Source of the DNA: Klebsormidium nitens | Lineage: Eukaryota; Plantae; Klebsormidiophyceae | Direction: 5' to 3' | Assembly: GCA_000708835.1 (NCBI GenBank) | Contig: DF237496.1 | Span: forward strand, 1 to 58,900 | Length of the DNA stretch: 58,900 nucleotides | Shown here: positions 45,301-57,141 of the stretch, one piece after another | Layout of the letters: the number at the start of each line of letters is the position of its first letter | Numbering within the stretch: position 1 is the first letter of the stretch | The notes under the pieces: model-generated | Seen by the model: the letters and a program-made list of their open reading frames with translations, nothing else | Databases searched by the model: none | Told to the model about the DNA's origin: nothing | Made by a program: the position numbers and the translations under genes

Positions 45301-46709
45301 CCAGCGCCATCGTCTCTTCCGCATCCACAGCGGGAGCCATCCGCACGCCCCCTTTGACTGCAGAACAAAAAGTAGGTTGATGTACACGCTCTGGCGGTGA
45401 ACGGCTCTCAAGATTGTGGTACTTTGTAATTACGTGAACGACATGCAAGGACTACGCTGGATGAGGTGGCGCCAAGGCATAAGCAGATTACGCAAGAGTT
45501 CTGGTTCCTTGCCCTTCTAGTTGGGGCATGATCAGTGGCTGTATCAGAAGGACCATTAAGCCAATGGACGTGCTAAGCCTTGACTTGCTTGACTTGAATC
45601 TGCTCGTAGAGCCCGTTTTGTTTCCTCAAGGCCAACTTCCAGTTCTTCAACAGCTGAGTCAAGATGAAACACTCTTCCAAAAGACAGAATACGCGAAGAA
45701 ACGATTGCGATTCCTCAGCTCAACGTTATGACCATAAACTCACCTGGAGTACGATGGTGAGAGTGCTGTGCTCTGTAAGCCTCAACCAGCTCGACGCGCC
45801 CATTTGACAGCTTCAAAGGGAACTGAACTTTAAGAATGTTATTGCAAGCCTGCAACAACAATGACGGGTTTCATTATCACTGTCGTACTGATGTAACCAC
45901 TGATTGCAGGTCTCAGCAACGCTGAGCTGTGTCAATTTCAGCAAAGGATACTCTTTTTCGCAATTGCTCAGATTGTCTTGACAAGGCCAGAGAGTGTGCT
46001 AGCATATTTTCCAGCCTTCCCTTCTCAAAAGATGGATAAATTTGACAAGGTGACTAAGAGATGAGGAGTATTCATGGGCAGCTAGCGGTGGTGGATCTCA
46101 CCTTGATCTCTGCCAACACATCGGACGAAGGACTTGCAAGAGCTCCAGCCTTCTCAAAGAACATATCGACCGACTCCAAGAAATTCGGGTCCCCTGGATT
46201 GGAAGAGTGTGCTCATGAGGTTAGCTTACAGAGGGATGACAGCTGGACTTTAACGTTGAACAAGCTAAGGGTTGATTTTGGTTACATACTGGTGTCAAGG
46301 GCGAAGAATATTTTCAGGACATCTATATCACGCTTTGCATGACATCGATTGACTGCAGGACCAATTGTATAAACAACAACTTTGGCTGGCAACATGGTGG
46401 CCCCTAGCAGTTGCGACAATGAAAGCAGCTCAATTCACGATTCCAGCTTGACCCTAAAATCCAAATCAAACATGCTCCAGAAGGTCTGCAGCTCAAAAGA
46501 CGCAGCAAGCTCATTAATCTTCAGCGCAGGCGTCTGCAATCATCTCCATGTAAATGACCACACCGCTTACCAGCGTTTGCAGCTTGCTCAATGGCTGCTG
46601 CTGAGGCTTGTCTTACAAAGTTCAAATTGCCACCAGCAAGGACCTTTGGCGCCTGCCTTGCTGCTCCCGCAGCGCGGATCGCCAGCTGAGCGACGTGTGG
46701 GAGCCCCAT
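39323..46709 (-). CDS. GDH: Glutamate dehydrogenase (hexameric ELFV family, animal-like with antenna-type insert), 13 exons, N-terminal transit-peptide-like region
   Basis: Exons 46709-46571, 46193-46102, 45849-45744, 45357-45229, 44914-44823, 44600-44547, 44376-44305, 44067-43993, 43356-43120, 42369-42166, 41543-41368, 39831-39744, 39406-39323; all phase-consistent. Motifs [74 protein letters not shown]. Confidence 0.96.
40330..41420 (-). repeat. Array of GDH exon 11 3' end (~50 nt) + donor, at least 7 copies
   Basis: GGCAACGGCAAGAAGCTGAGCGACATGACCCG.AAG...AAGGG|GTGAGC; donor GT at 41367 (real), 41216, 41053, 40892, 40741, 40637, and 40530 (degenerate GTAAGC), with a possible remnant near 40340. 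Confidence 0.93.
42660..43180 (-). repeat. Array of GDH exon 9 3' end (~60 nt) + donor, 4 copies, ~157-bp period
   Basis: GCGCTGAAAGCGTACCAT.AAAAGCACGGCACCATCACCGGCTTCCCGGGCGCCAAGACG|GTAAGG; donors at 43119 (real), 42962, 42804, and a degenerate copy at 42668-42732. Spacers contain TTTAGGG/TTTGGGG tracts. Confidence 0.93.
43460..43680 (-). repeat. Degenerate echo(es) of the GDH exon 9 acceptor and start
   Basis: CCCCAG|GATCTGGCCAATCGGCTGGGCTTCACCCAGGGCATGAAGGA (43657-43619) versus the real CCGCAG|GATCTGACCGACCGGCTGGGCCTGGCCCCGGGCATGAAGGA. A weaker remnant lies near 43465-43490. Confidence 0.75.
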
Positions 46710-47433
46710 TGCTGCAGCTATTTGGTTTGAGGAAAGAAGGAGGGGGGGTAAGACAAAGGACAGGAAGGGAGGTGGAGGGGGAAGCTTCCCTTGACGGGAT
46801 GAGCGCCCTAATCAAAGCATCGAGTTCAGGACTGAGTTGGCAAGCTCTAGCAATCCATCTCATGAAGCGAAGACTGAAGTCAGCAGCTGCAATGCGCCAT
46901 ATGAAATTGCCGCTGCAGAGCCAAGAAGCCCACCTCACAGCAGCGCAAGGCCTGCTGGCCAACTGTCACCACGTCAGCTTGATTCGACGAGTCCGTTATT
47001 CTGGCGGAAAGACGCTTCCGAAATCGAAACACGGCAGGAGAAAGCGCGTGGTGGTTTGATGATTGATCAACGGCAACCGTAGTGTACCAAACCCTGATTT
47101 TGACACACAGGAGTAGCACAGTCTCTCGGACGCCTATTCAATCTTGAATATGGTGTCAATCCAAGGTCGAGCGCCTGAGCCAGCTCAAACTTAAACTTAA
47201 AGAAGGAATAGTGCTTCCTCACCTGGAACAGTGGAAGGTCTTGAGCCTTCACTTACGGTATTAGGTATTCAACAGGAACGCATTGCGTCAGCAGATGGCT
47301 GCGCCACACGGTTTCAAGGCTGCAGAGGAAGATGCTCTTGGCAGCCGCAAAATCCTAGAATCTTTAAGTTTGTGACAAAGTGCCTGCATGACAGGAGAAT
47401 TTGATTAACCCTAATTTGGGCTGGGCTCCCCAC
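46710..47433. promoter_or_regulatory. Short divergent intergenic region (putative bidirectional promoter) between GDH and PfkB kinase
   Basis: ATGs at 46709 (-) and 47434 (+), 724 bp apart. Inferred from geometry only. Confidence 0.45.
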
Positions 47434-50400
47434 ATGGACTATGTGACGTTCACCCTGATCGTAGATGACATTGTCTGGCCCGATGGCCACACTGCGATGG
47501 CCTGTCTGGGTGGTGGAGGACCCCAGACTGCATTTGCAATCCGAATGTGGACCAACCAAGCGTCGGAGGTTGGGCTCGCTGCTGGAGTTGGCGAGGATCT
47601 TCCCCAAGCATGCAAGGTATGTCGTTGTTGGCTTCCGCAGACAATAAACGAAGACTTTCTGGTTAACGGAGATTTCATGATCACTTAGGTGACACTTAAT
47701 ATCACTTGGAAATTGGTGGTGGTGGTGCTGCCGGATTGTCATTTCGCTGAACGGGTTCCAATGCAGAAGTTTCGAGTAAGCTGTCTCTTGCGGATACTGT
47801 TTCCCTCTTTTAACCGCAAAGTGTCGTGCTGTGCTGCGTGGCTAGCTTCACAAGTATCAGCATGGGCTTGTAAATGCGGCTTCCTTCACCTGGTGCACAT
47901 TCGCTTAAGAGCTTTCTCTTCCCAGGAGCGCAAAATACAGCTCTTCCTTTTTATACCTGGTGAACGAAGGCAGTGAGGCCAGGGGGGCCCTGACAGAGCG
48001 TCTCTGGAAGCCCTTTCTCCATTTCTTGGTGGTAAGTAGGAGGTATCTTCGAAAACATGGCGTCCGAATCCCTTGAAAAGAACCTTTTACTCTCTTGAAG
48101 TCAACTGGTTGTTGCTTTTCAGGATTGGTTCAACGCCATGCGAATCAACACCCAGGGCCTTGAGCGGTGGGACGGCTTCCAGACTCTAAGGGCGTGGCAG
48201 GTCCTCGAAGCGGACGGCCGTCGAACACAGGCAAGATACAATTATCCAAGATGAAGTATGTGTATCAACAGCAGTAGAAGCAATCCAACCAGCTGCCGGC
48301 GCTCCCATCTGTTAGGCAGTATCAGCGATACCAACAATAACGAGGTACCACAGACTTGCCAGGGTCCTCAAATCAAGTCTAAGATGCTCATTCTTTGTAA
48401 ATGGAAGCCTAACAGGACATTGGCAGGTAATCACCATGAGAACCAATAGAATGCACGCTTGGTGTAAAGCAAACTCGCTCTCCAGACTGGCAAGACTTGG
48501 CAGCATCGGTGTGGTCTACATCTTACTGTGTTGACCATCGTTGTTGACAGGTGTGGCGTACTCCTGTAGGAGAGGAAGTCTGGGGGATGTTGAGACCGAA
48601 GTTGCGAACACTACCATCGAACTACCAGTGAGCACAAACGGTCCTCACATCCAAGTTTAAGTAGTGTCTTGGGAGCAGTGGACATGCATAATATCAGATT
48701 CGGCTAAGAATAAACACATGCTGGCACCACCTTGGTTGATCAACTTTGTTCTCTGGCTCGAAGCGCTTCCTCGTCTATACAATTCAGAGGCTATCTGAGC
48801 TGTCCATGAGCATCTCATCTTGGCGTTCGACACCCTTCATCAGTATCACCTTTCATAGATTGTGATACAACTTCGAAACAAAAAGCAGAGCAGACAGTTA
48901 GAAAGCTGCCAAGAGTTTTCAGTCGCTACAGATGTAAGTCCAGACTGTTTGCCCGAGGAGACTGACCCCAAGACATCTGGTGCAGAAAGGCCCGAGCCTA
49001 TCACGTTGGGGTGCATCCCAGTGGTTTGGACGTTAATTTCATCCGGGAGTTGAAAGACAGTGGGGCAGAAGTGGTGAGAGAAGCACCTAAGGAACAAGCT
49101 AACAGACTCCGACCTTAATTGTCATCAGACAATAGTTCCACATGTCAAGGCGTTCTCTGCAAGAATACATGCATTACCGACTGTTAGCGCACAGGTGCAA
49201 GGGACCTAGAGGGCCTTAACAGGAGGATCGCTATGTGTCTGGATGCACTAACCGGAATGTTCGCTTTTCGATGCGTTGATTCTTAAGCTTGACGGTCAAC
49301 TTGAGGCTGTGACTTTGTCATATTCAGTCTCTATTCGACAACCTGTGGTTGAAAAGTACTCATTCGAAGTTGATTGCATGCTTCGTACTCCTTCTTGACC
49401 AATCTCTGTGAATGCCCCTAGGTCAGCATCGAGCCTTACACTCATGCTTTGGATGTCGTCCCCCGGGCAGAGCTAGAGGCGTTGCTGACGTCAGCGCACA
49501 TCTTCTCCCCCAACGAGAAGGAGGCGTTCTCCCTCGTCGGCCCAGGAGAGCCGCTCGAAGTCGTTGCGAGGCTTGTGGAAGCGGGGGCTCAGGTGCGGGG
49601 TCCGCGTCTTTTGGACTTTCTTCTGGATAAACGACGATTGACTGCCTCCACTTCGGGCTGTGATTGAGGTGTAAAGCTCTTGTTCCAGGCCCGTTGTAGA
49701 ATAGTAGGTGCAAAACCTTTGCAAGTGACGGGTCGTATGCCATCTTGGTTCGACTGTTTGCTGCAATGTATCGTGTGTGTTTGAGCGCGGAGTAAAACAC
49801 AATGTCTACAAACATCTAACGTCCTCCAAGCATCTGCCCTTTACAAGCCGTCTTGCTCTCCGTCCCAACAGCTCTCCATCAGCAAACGGTGTGGTATAGA
49901 TGCGCTGCTTTCTGCGGACGGAAAGTGTTGATTTTGCTTCAACAACTGCCAAAGCAGAGAGCGGTCGGTGCAGGTCGTGTGTCTGCGGAGGGGTGACAAA
50001 GGCTGCGTGGTCCACCGGGCGGACACGGGAGAGACCTGGGACGTGCCAGCTGTCGACATGTCCACCACGACCGCGGACGAGGGCCTCGAGAGCACTTACC
50101 GAGGGGCGTCCGACCGATCCACTGCGGGCTCGGATTCAGTTGTTGGGTCTCGCGTTGGTAACCTCGACGAATCGGACGTCGGATCGGACGTAGGCGCGTC
50201 GGGGGGCGATATCGAAGCCTCCGTCCAGGCAGCTTGGGCTAGCGCGCTTCCACCGCTCGAAAAGCGTGAAAGCTTAGCGGATGAATTGGACAAGCTGGAC
50301 GGACGGTCAAGCGTTGATACAAATAGCGGGTTGGGGGCAGAGATGGCTGTGAGGACGGGTCGGGTGAAAGACCCGACTGGCTGCGGGAACGCGTTTTGTG

Positions 50401-51016
50401 GCGGGTTCCTGGTCGGTTGGTTGGAGCACCGGGATCTGCTGACAGGGGCGCTTTACGGGAGCGTGGCGGCCAGCTTCAGTAAGTGCTTACTGTAATTTTG
50501 TGATGGATGCTCCTTGTCTATTAGGCTTTCGAAGGATAGCCACTCGACTCGATAGTGTCTGTACTTCTTCCGGGGCTTTCGCTGCTGTAATATCCCTCTT
50601 TACGTGCCACATCAACCGGATGTTGCTGAATGTGGTGGACCTGCAGCGTGGGTCCAAAGGTACGTTTTGAAAAGCCCCCCTGACTTTTCGATCCGCAAGT
50701 CACTGAAATGGATCGGCAGACCTGTGAGGAAGACTCTGCTTATTCCCACTTTCAGTACTCCGCAGCTCGGCATGGATCAGAGCAATACCAACGCCAACAT
50801 CATCAAGCTCTTTAGATCCAAAAATGATTGAACACAATCAAGATATGAAAGTTGGCTGCACCCAAAACTGAGTGTCTGTCAGGTAGACCAACGGCGTCTT
50901 CTTTTTCCCTCTCTCCAGTGCTTGAGCACGAAGGCGTCCCACCTCCATCAGCATGGCGGAATCGAGAAGCTTTTAAGCGAGTTGATGATTTAAGGATACG
51001 GGCTCGAAGGTTGTAA
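47434..51016 (+). CDS. PfkB/ribokinase-family carbohydrate kinase, 7 exons
   Basis: Exons 47434-47616, 48123-48230, 48551-48627, 48986-49073, 49422-49592, 49974-50478, 50919-51016; phase-consistent. Motifs [52 protein letters not shown]. Confidence 0.88.
48231..48550 (+). other. GC-AG intron in the PfkB kinase gene
   Basis: ACACAG|GCAAGA. Read-through hits TGA before the next GT, and the join gives the continuous [17 protein letters not shown]. Confidence 0.72.
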
Positions 51017-52373
51017 GAACCGTTGTCTGGTGACTCGTCCGAGTTTTGTTGTGCAGTGTCGTGTCTTTGAGATTCTCTTGCCAAGGCAAGAGACTAAGAA
51101 AGCTGTGCCATAATATGTCGTGCAATATTATGCAGAATTTCAAAAACACATGGGAGCCACCTCCAGTCTCCCCACAAACTATAATTTGCATAAAGGGACC
51201 ACCGAGATAGTCGGATGGGATAGACTCATATTCAGCAATTGTAGGAGTACTCCCAAATTCGCCGCAGGCTGGCATGATGCATGATGAGCGGCGCCGCTCC
51301 GATCAATTGGCACTTTTATGGGGTCGGCCGCAAGCTAAGATGAACGCGCCCATCTCTGCATTATGTCTTCTTGAGCGAACCATACAATGCATGCTAGCCG
51401 GCATTGACTGTGCAATTCACTAAGCAGCCTAGTAAGTATTGATATACATAGTGATGAACATGATGAAAGCATGGCTTCGTGATGTACGTGTATGTATGAG
51501 CGCAACCGTCATGTACCATTCAAACGGAAGTCGGACCTAAGGTAAGCTAGCTCTATGACAAGTGCGATCGAACTTGTAGAGGATACCGAATTTATTACCA
51601 TACCTACCTAAACATTTTGCTTCATTTATGAGCTGTGTCGTTTATGCAGCTGTAATTGATGAACTAGGTAATTCGAATCTGATTTCCGAGGCTGGGCCCT
51701 GGGGCAGATTCTTGAAGCAGTACCTCTGACCTCACAACCTGGAAAAGCCAACACATGGCACTTTCTGCGCATCCTTTCCTCCAGATAATCTTAGAGAATC
51801 TATGCTAGCCAATGAGCTTGCTCTTGGTGACGTACCACTGCTGACGTGTACAACCATTTTGGCGGGTCTTTGCATTTGACACTACGACGGAAAAGGCTCG
51901 AAAAGCACTTCAGATGGAATCTCATGGAATCTTTGGTGTGAATCCGCGCCACAACCGGACGGTGATCCACCGCACAGCACTGGCGCAATGGCCGCTAGTC
52001 CTAGGTACCTTGTAGCTCAGGACTCAGGAGTCAGGACCCAGGCTGAGCTGCAGCTCGCTTTTCAGGACGGGCCGGGGCAGCGAAACTGTGGCCTCTTGAG
52101 TCCTCACAGCTCCTCTTCGAATCTGGGCGCCAGGGCGGCAGCTCTTCGATACTTTCTGTGAGAGAGCCCTCCTGACAGCTCCGAGTGGAGGCGGGGCCAG
52201 TCAGGAGGCCGGTCTTCACAGGCGTGGAACCTCTTTTACATGCAATTTCCTTGTTGCAGGACGCCAGACTGCACCACTGGAAGAGCCCCAAACAGATTGC
52301 ATAAAATTGCTGGCAGACAAAGAGCATTTTCCTCGAAGCACATCTGGCCTTCAAAGAACTTGCTCGAGTGAGG

Positions 52374-55300
52374 ATGGGGCTTTCTGCCATGACCTCAGCC
52401 AGGTCTCTGACTTGCAAGTTGCGTGCAAGCTGCACAGTTATGGGAGGAAATCCTGACTCGCTTGAAGTCGGAACAGGCTTGAGATTGGCGCACACTACGT
52501 TACGGTGTGGAGGAGCGCTAGGAAAGATGGAAGAAAGCGTACGGGAGCGTTTCTTTTTAACCTCACTCACACAACATGTAAGTAAGAGTGGGAGTTTCTT
52601 GCGCCTGCCAATCAGGTTTAGAGCTTGACAAGTTTAGCTGCTCGCATGACTCTGCGCTGCTAGCTTTTCTGGACGGGCTTGAAACTATTTGATTAATTTC
52701 CGTTTGTCAAGCTTCACAACTACTTTCACGTTGTCTGTTGACGCCAGGGTTTCAGATCTGGGCGAATCGGCGTTCAACGTTTATCGACTTTGCAATCACA
52801 AGACTTTGACGTAGGATTTACAATGTGGATTCTCCAAATGACTGAAAGGTCATTGTTGAAACAGCATATACCAGCTCATCAGGCTGCTTTACTCCTATGG
52901 CTACATGAACATACTTCTCTGTTTAGAGTCTGATCCAATCTGTGAATCAGAACCTCAAGTGCTACCAGGAGAGGAGAGCGTTTGCCTAGACCCTACTTCT
53001 TGCAGAGCCTTGCACTTCTGCATTCCCTGTTGTTATGGTCGTGTTCATGCTGACTATCTATCTTTCGGTGGTCTGTCCGCCTATTTACCTTCCACTTGAA
53101 TGAGTACGTATTGAAGTTGAAGCCTTGTTTGAATTTGCCTCCATAGGCCCCCTTGAAACCTGTGTACCAGAATATTTCTAACTTCAGTAGATATGCATGA
53201 GGAGAATGCTTCATTTGCGTTTTCAACTTCCATTTAGTTAGCAAGTTGATGCGCCCATTTGAGTGGGAACTGTGCAACCTGTGACTATCGATACACTAAC
53301 TAGGGCAACTAAGCAAAAGCCAGGCTCTCAAAGAAAGTATGATCGTTATCTGATCAGACTGGAGGTCTGTCAAAGTGGTGAAACTTTCTAGACTTTGTCT
53401 TTCATTCAAAGCAATGTAAAAGTCACAATATGTTGACAACCTCATAATTCTGAAGATCCGAGTTGGCATCGTAGCCACCATCTTGAGAATTGCCTCTAAT
53501 CACAAGCCTTTTTGACATAGAAAGCGAACAATGTCTTTGTAGTCAAAGGGCTGCCTCATTGTATTCAAGATTACAGAAGGGGATTGTACTGGAATCAGGG
53601 TAGTAATGGAATCAGGGTTGTCACCCAATGTTGTTGATGTATTGGCACTGATTAAAATGGACCCTTTGTGAGGATTCTGCCACTGGGACGTCTTCATATG
53701 TCAATTAAGAGTCTGCTTTTGAAAGACGCGGCTGAGTCTCTTCACAACATCGATCACCCTCTGTTATTTACGTGGATTTTCTCTTCACAGCTGTGATGTT
53801 GCATTGAACCATCTGCTCTCCGTTTTACAGGCTCCCCAGCCTCGCTCTTCCAGCGCTCGCTGTACAGTCCTTGAGCAGCAGCCCCCTAAAGAAACGCACG
53901 CTCCCAAATCGAAGCAGAAGCCTCCGAAGGGGAAGAAGAGGGCTGCACAAAAGCGCATTTATGACCTGGGGCCAATCCAGCAGGCAGAAGCTGAGGCCAT
54001 TGCCGAAGCCATTGCTCATGCGCCGCCCCACGAGTTCGACGAGTTTGACACGTACAGAGGTCTTGTGCTCGATGTTTCATACAAGTAAGTTGTGTCATGT
54101 CACCAGTGTGCGGTTCTTCAAATTACTAACACCAAGTACTGCCTTGCTACCCAACATAGAGAAAGAGCTTGGATAGTAATTGACGGTGTTCGGTGCATTA
54201 CGATAGGGTGCCTGCACAATTAAGCAGATGACCATGTGGGCGCAGCACTGTTTTGACAAGATATCTAAGTGCCCTTACTTCAGTACTAATCTTGTCTGGA
54301 ATATGCGAGTCATGAACTTGAAGCGGGTCTGCCAGGTCGTCTTGGTATCTGATGCATTTTTCCAAGGCGCTTGCTATTCAGACGATATGATCTTGAAACG
54401 TATGGAAAGAAATGGGGCGTCCCTTGGTGTTGCTGACTTCACTGGGCATCGTTGTTCTGCAGGCCCATTGATATCATAAACTGGAAGCGCGCCATTTGCA
54501 TGGACCTGTTTCAGAAGGTGAGACTTTGATAGGACCGTTTGTTTGTCAGTCTGTTGCTTGAATCTGATGGAAACATGACAGGTGCAGCTGTCTGGTTTTG
54601 GTTAGCTTGAGCAATAACTGGATCATCGTTTGGAGACTTTGTCCGGCATTAGAAGCTGTATCAACTTGACACCTCTACTTTCCCCAGTGTCTTTCCTGTA
54701 TAGAAGAGGTCCAATTTCCAATTGGAACCGCATCGTTACAGGCATCGGGCCCTGCTTGTGTCTCGCAAAGGTATGCTTGATATTGCTTGAAACATCAAAC
54801 TCAAGGTGACGTTTCTTCAGGAAGATGATAGAAGCCCTTTCACGGTTCTGAGATTCACTGTTTCAAGGCTCTGCGCAGATTCGCAACAGCTGTAAGCAGT
54901 GGCACCTTTCATCTCCAGTTGTAAACAGCAAAGTTCCCCCCCGTGTGGCTGGATTCCTCCAATGAAAGGAACTACTGACAAGAAGCATAAGAAAGGGCCA
55001 AAAACATTACGCGTTCCAAGCTAAACGTCAGAATCTGTCCTTGTAGGCCGACGTGCTGACCTATTACGACCAGTACGTCCATTCGGCCTACGCTGCGTAC
55101 CCGCTGCCAGCTGTGCTGCGAATTTCCAACTACGTCAATCTGCCGAAGCAGCGGATGCGGGTCATGCTGAGCCGGACCAACATTCTCATCAGGGACAAGA
55201 ACAAGTGCCAGTAAGTTCGTCACCTGCAAGCATCGTAGCCAGCTTTGGCGCACGTTGGCAGGACTGACTTTTCAGCGTTGAAGCTGGGCAGACTGTTGGC

Positions 55301-57141
55301 AGGCAACCAGCTTTTGCGTTCAGCAGATTATTGACTTTTCTACTGTAGTTCCATGGCTGAATGGTTTGGGAAAGTGTTGATCGTGCGCACATGCTCATCT
55401 CTGTTTGACAGGTTCACCTACTGGAGTGGGTACGTAGTTACACCTGATCAAAGACACTCTGTTCCGTCTTCACATGTTTTGGATCCGAGTTCGGAATGCT
55501 TACCTTTTCGTTTCTTGCGAACGGTGACCAATTTTCCAATTGAAGTTGGTAAATTGTGCACGCTCCAAAATGTGAGTGGTTTTGGATCTGTTCTTGGGCT
55601 GCTTACCTTTTCATTCCTTGCAGACATTGACATCGTTCAGAACGAAGTTGGTAGATCGTGGGATTCTTAAACCTGAGTGGTGACATTTCGCAGGTACTGC
55701 GGCAGCCGGGATGATCTGACAATTGATCACGTAGTGGCTGCTTCGAGGGGCGGAGATTGGTCCTGGACGAACCTGGTGAGGATTCCGCCTACTTTGGGCA
55801 CCAGACAACGCGTTATGCAGCATGTTCCTCTTTTTGCAACAAAATCACAAAGTCTTCCACGGCAACCAGAAGAAGCTTGCCCGGAACCCCTTGGTCTTCG
55901 AGAAGTCTGTTCATACTGGCACGAGGTACGGTTTTGCAGCCCGGCGGGTAAGCATGTCTTACTTAAAAGAGAGGCGAATCCATAGGTGGGTCTGCGGAGC
56001 GAAATTATAAAGCAAACCATTTGCTGCTATGGATCCATGTCCGTGAATGCAAGGACGTCTTGAAACCCGGTCCTACGCGAAAATGGATTGTGTTGTAATC
56101 GAAGCGTCTTGGGTTCGGCTTGGCTCTTTGTTGGCTTCTTTAAACAGTCTTCCAGTGATTCGAGTCTTCAGGCGTTCGTCCAAGCCATCTCTCTGAATCA
56201 AGTTGCTACACCGCCCGCGTTATCTTAGTTCAACATTATATCACATCCCTGCAGCTTTAAGTACACGTCTTGCTTTAGCTGGCTTTTCGAGAAGCCTCGT
56301 CACCGAGCATGCTTAACAGAGACACCTGGGCAAGGCCCCCTGCAGTTGCTGCAACTGAGATCGCTCTCACCTTCATGAAAGGTGCCAAGTTTGGGCCAGA
56401 CCGTAATGTCATACCTTCTCGTTTTTCTGCAGGTTGCTGCCTGCGGAACGTGCAACCTCAAGAAGGGCAACATGTCCGTTGCTGATGCTGGCATGCGGCT
56501 GCTACGACAGCCAAGGGTGAGAGAATTTTACCCTTGTGTCGCCTTGCCTGCCTCCAGAACGGTTAAGTCTTTTCCGTCATTCTGTAGTTTGTAAGGCATC
56601 TGGAACGGTCTGCCCCAACTATTTCGGCCCGTTTCAGGCGCCAGTTCAAATCATTTGAAGGCAGCGGCTCCTTACACCGTCCTTACGCCGTCCTCACGTG
56701 GAGACTCGTTCTGGTTCAGTTTTTTTCTAGCATCTGAAACTCTGGTTTACCAACAAGGAATGTCTGCATGCGATTGTCGACTTCAGGAGTCGCAGTTCAC
56801 GGGGTTTGCAATTGCGCGCATGGACCGGCTGGTGTCCGACAAGGCCCTATGGACGTTTGTTAATGAACTGCTATTACTGGCAGGCCGTCGGTCGCTCGAT
56901 GTTCAAACCTCTGGATGTGCTTCTGGTATTGGAAAAAACGAAACGCTGAACGTGCCAAGAAATTTATCTGCTAGGTACCAAACGAAAGAATTGCAGTTAT
57001 TCTCAGCAACTCGGCTTTTCGGATTTTCAGGAGCCCATCGAATCCGACTTTCCCCCTCTTTCTCATAAGAACCTGGGCGGACGGAACACGCCCCCGGAAT
57101 GGTACGACTACTTGCCGAACAGGCTCAAGTTCTTCCAGTAG
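52374..57141 (+). CDS. HNH endonuclease domain protein (plant/bacterial McrA-like type, probably organelle-targeted)
   Basis: Exons 52374-52577 (tentative first exon), 53831-54084, 54463-54517, 55047-55210, 55694-55775, 56433-56516, 57031-57141; phase-consistent. Motifs LVLDVSYKPI, NWKRAI, LPAVLR, SRTNILIRD..CQYCG, LTIDHVV..SRGG...WTNLVAAC..CN.KKG, PPEWYDYL. Confidence 0.9.

Noticed and set aside
46382-47059. 225-aa ORF antisense to GDH exon 1
   Set aside because: No recognisable domain; overlaps GDH exon 1 and its leader on the opposite strand.
51800-53480. Possible minus-strand gene (179-aa and 94-aa ORFs with some splice-like signals)
   Set aside because: Could not build a phase-consistent model with recognisable homology; it overlaps the likely first exon and intron of the HNH gene.
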